Shown here: piece by piece, positions 63,753 to 64,000 of the stretch | Numbering within the stretch: position 1 is the first letter of the stretch | How the letters are laid out: each line of letters begins with the position of its first letter | NCBI GenBank assembly: GCA_959604355.1 | Contig: CAUHAO010000007.1 | Span: 9,778 to 73,777, forward strand | DNA: 64,000 nucleotides | Reading direction: 5' to 3' | Origin: an uncultured Eubacteriales bacterium | Lineage (GTDB): Bacteria; Bacillota; Clostridia; Oscillospirales; UBA644 | The notes under the pieces: model-generated | Seen by the model: the letters and a program-made list of their open reading frames with translations, nothing else | Databases searched by the model: none | Told to the model about the DNA's origin: nothing | Translations under genes and position numbers: made by a program

Positions 63753-64000
63753 TTAATATTCTACGCCGTAAAGAGCTCTGTATTCTTTCATTGCACCGAG
63801 GTATTCTTTACCCGCTATGACGCCGCTTTCAACAGCCGCGATGATGTCGTTTATAGTCGCAATTGAATACACCTTAACTCCGAAATCCGTATACGCGGAC
63901 TGCACGGCGCTCATATCGCTGTCGAGCGCTTTTTCCATTCTGTCAACGGATATCACCATGCCGGTTATATCGACGTTTGCCGCGTCCCGGAGCTTTGGCA
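63753..64000 (-). CDS. pyrE: Orotate phosphoribosyltransferase, C-terminal part (5' end outside window)
   Basis: The frame is open to the window edge. The tail LRDAANVDITGMVISVDR...VYSIATINDIIAAVESGVIAGKEYLGAMKEYR resembles the C-terminus of B. subtilis PyrE (LREAGCEVLGIVSIF...YSLSDYSALTEVAAEKGII...LQEWR). Confidence 0.6.
   Translation of the reverse strand, partial: PKLRDAANVDITGMVISVDRMEKALDSDMSAVQSAYTDFGVKVYSIATINDIIAAVESGVIAGKEYLGAMKEYRALYGVEY

Noticed and set aside
1-64000. Mobile elements, prophage genes, CRISPR arrays, tRNA/rRNA genes and toxin-antitoxin pairs
   Set aside because: I recognised no transposase, integrase or recombinase motifs, no regularly spaced direct repeats and no tRNA-like cloverleaf sequences in the intergenic regions I read. 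An automated scan (tRNAscan-SE, Infernal, ISEScan) should confirm this.

Overview
This reads as a chromosomal core region of a Firmicutes/Clostridia-type genome. That assignment is an inference from gene content: rpmG-secE-nusG-rplK-rplA, the DapL lysine pathway, iorAB, PduL, a DUF3794-LysM sporulation-type protein and yloU/yloV homologues. About 55 protein genes are tightly packed, many with 1-14 nt overlaps, and several near-consensus sigma-A promoters and hairpin terminators are visible. I found no rRNA, tRNA, CRISPR array, transposase or integrase. One small gene missing from the ORF track, rpmG, was recovered by hand. The best candidate for an undescribed system is a translationally coupled three-gene operon at 42534-46391. 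It encodes a membrane-anchored protein of unknown family followed by two paralogous MutS-like ABC ATPases. These have the core and domain V only, with no mismatch-binding domain and no Smr/HNH nuclease, and both carry Asn in place of the Walker B Asp. Other observations worth a second look:
- A 56-nt promoter architecture with tandem TTTACA Pho-box-like repeats is duplicated in front of the phoP-like gene and the Na/Pi transporter gene.
- Three enzyme homologues have substituted catalytic residues: a PBP5-type DD-carboxypeptidase, an alpha/beta hydrolase and a parvulin-like lipoprotein.
- A consensus promoter fires directly into a perfect 22-bp terminator hairpin upstream of purF.
- A hairpin separates the SD-like sequence from the iorA start codon.
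- Synteny breaks after rplA.

All domain calls rest on motif recognition by eye. No database search was possible.
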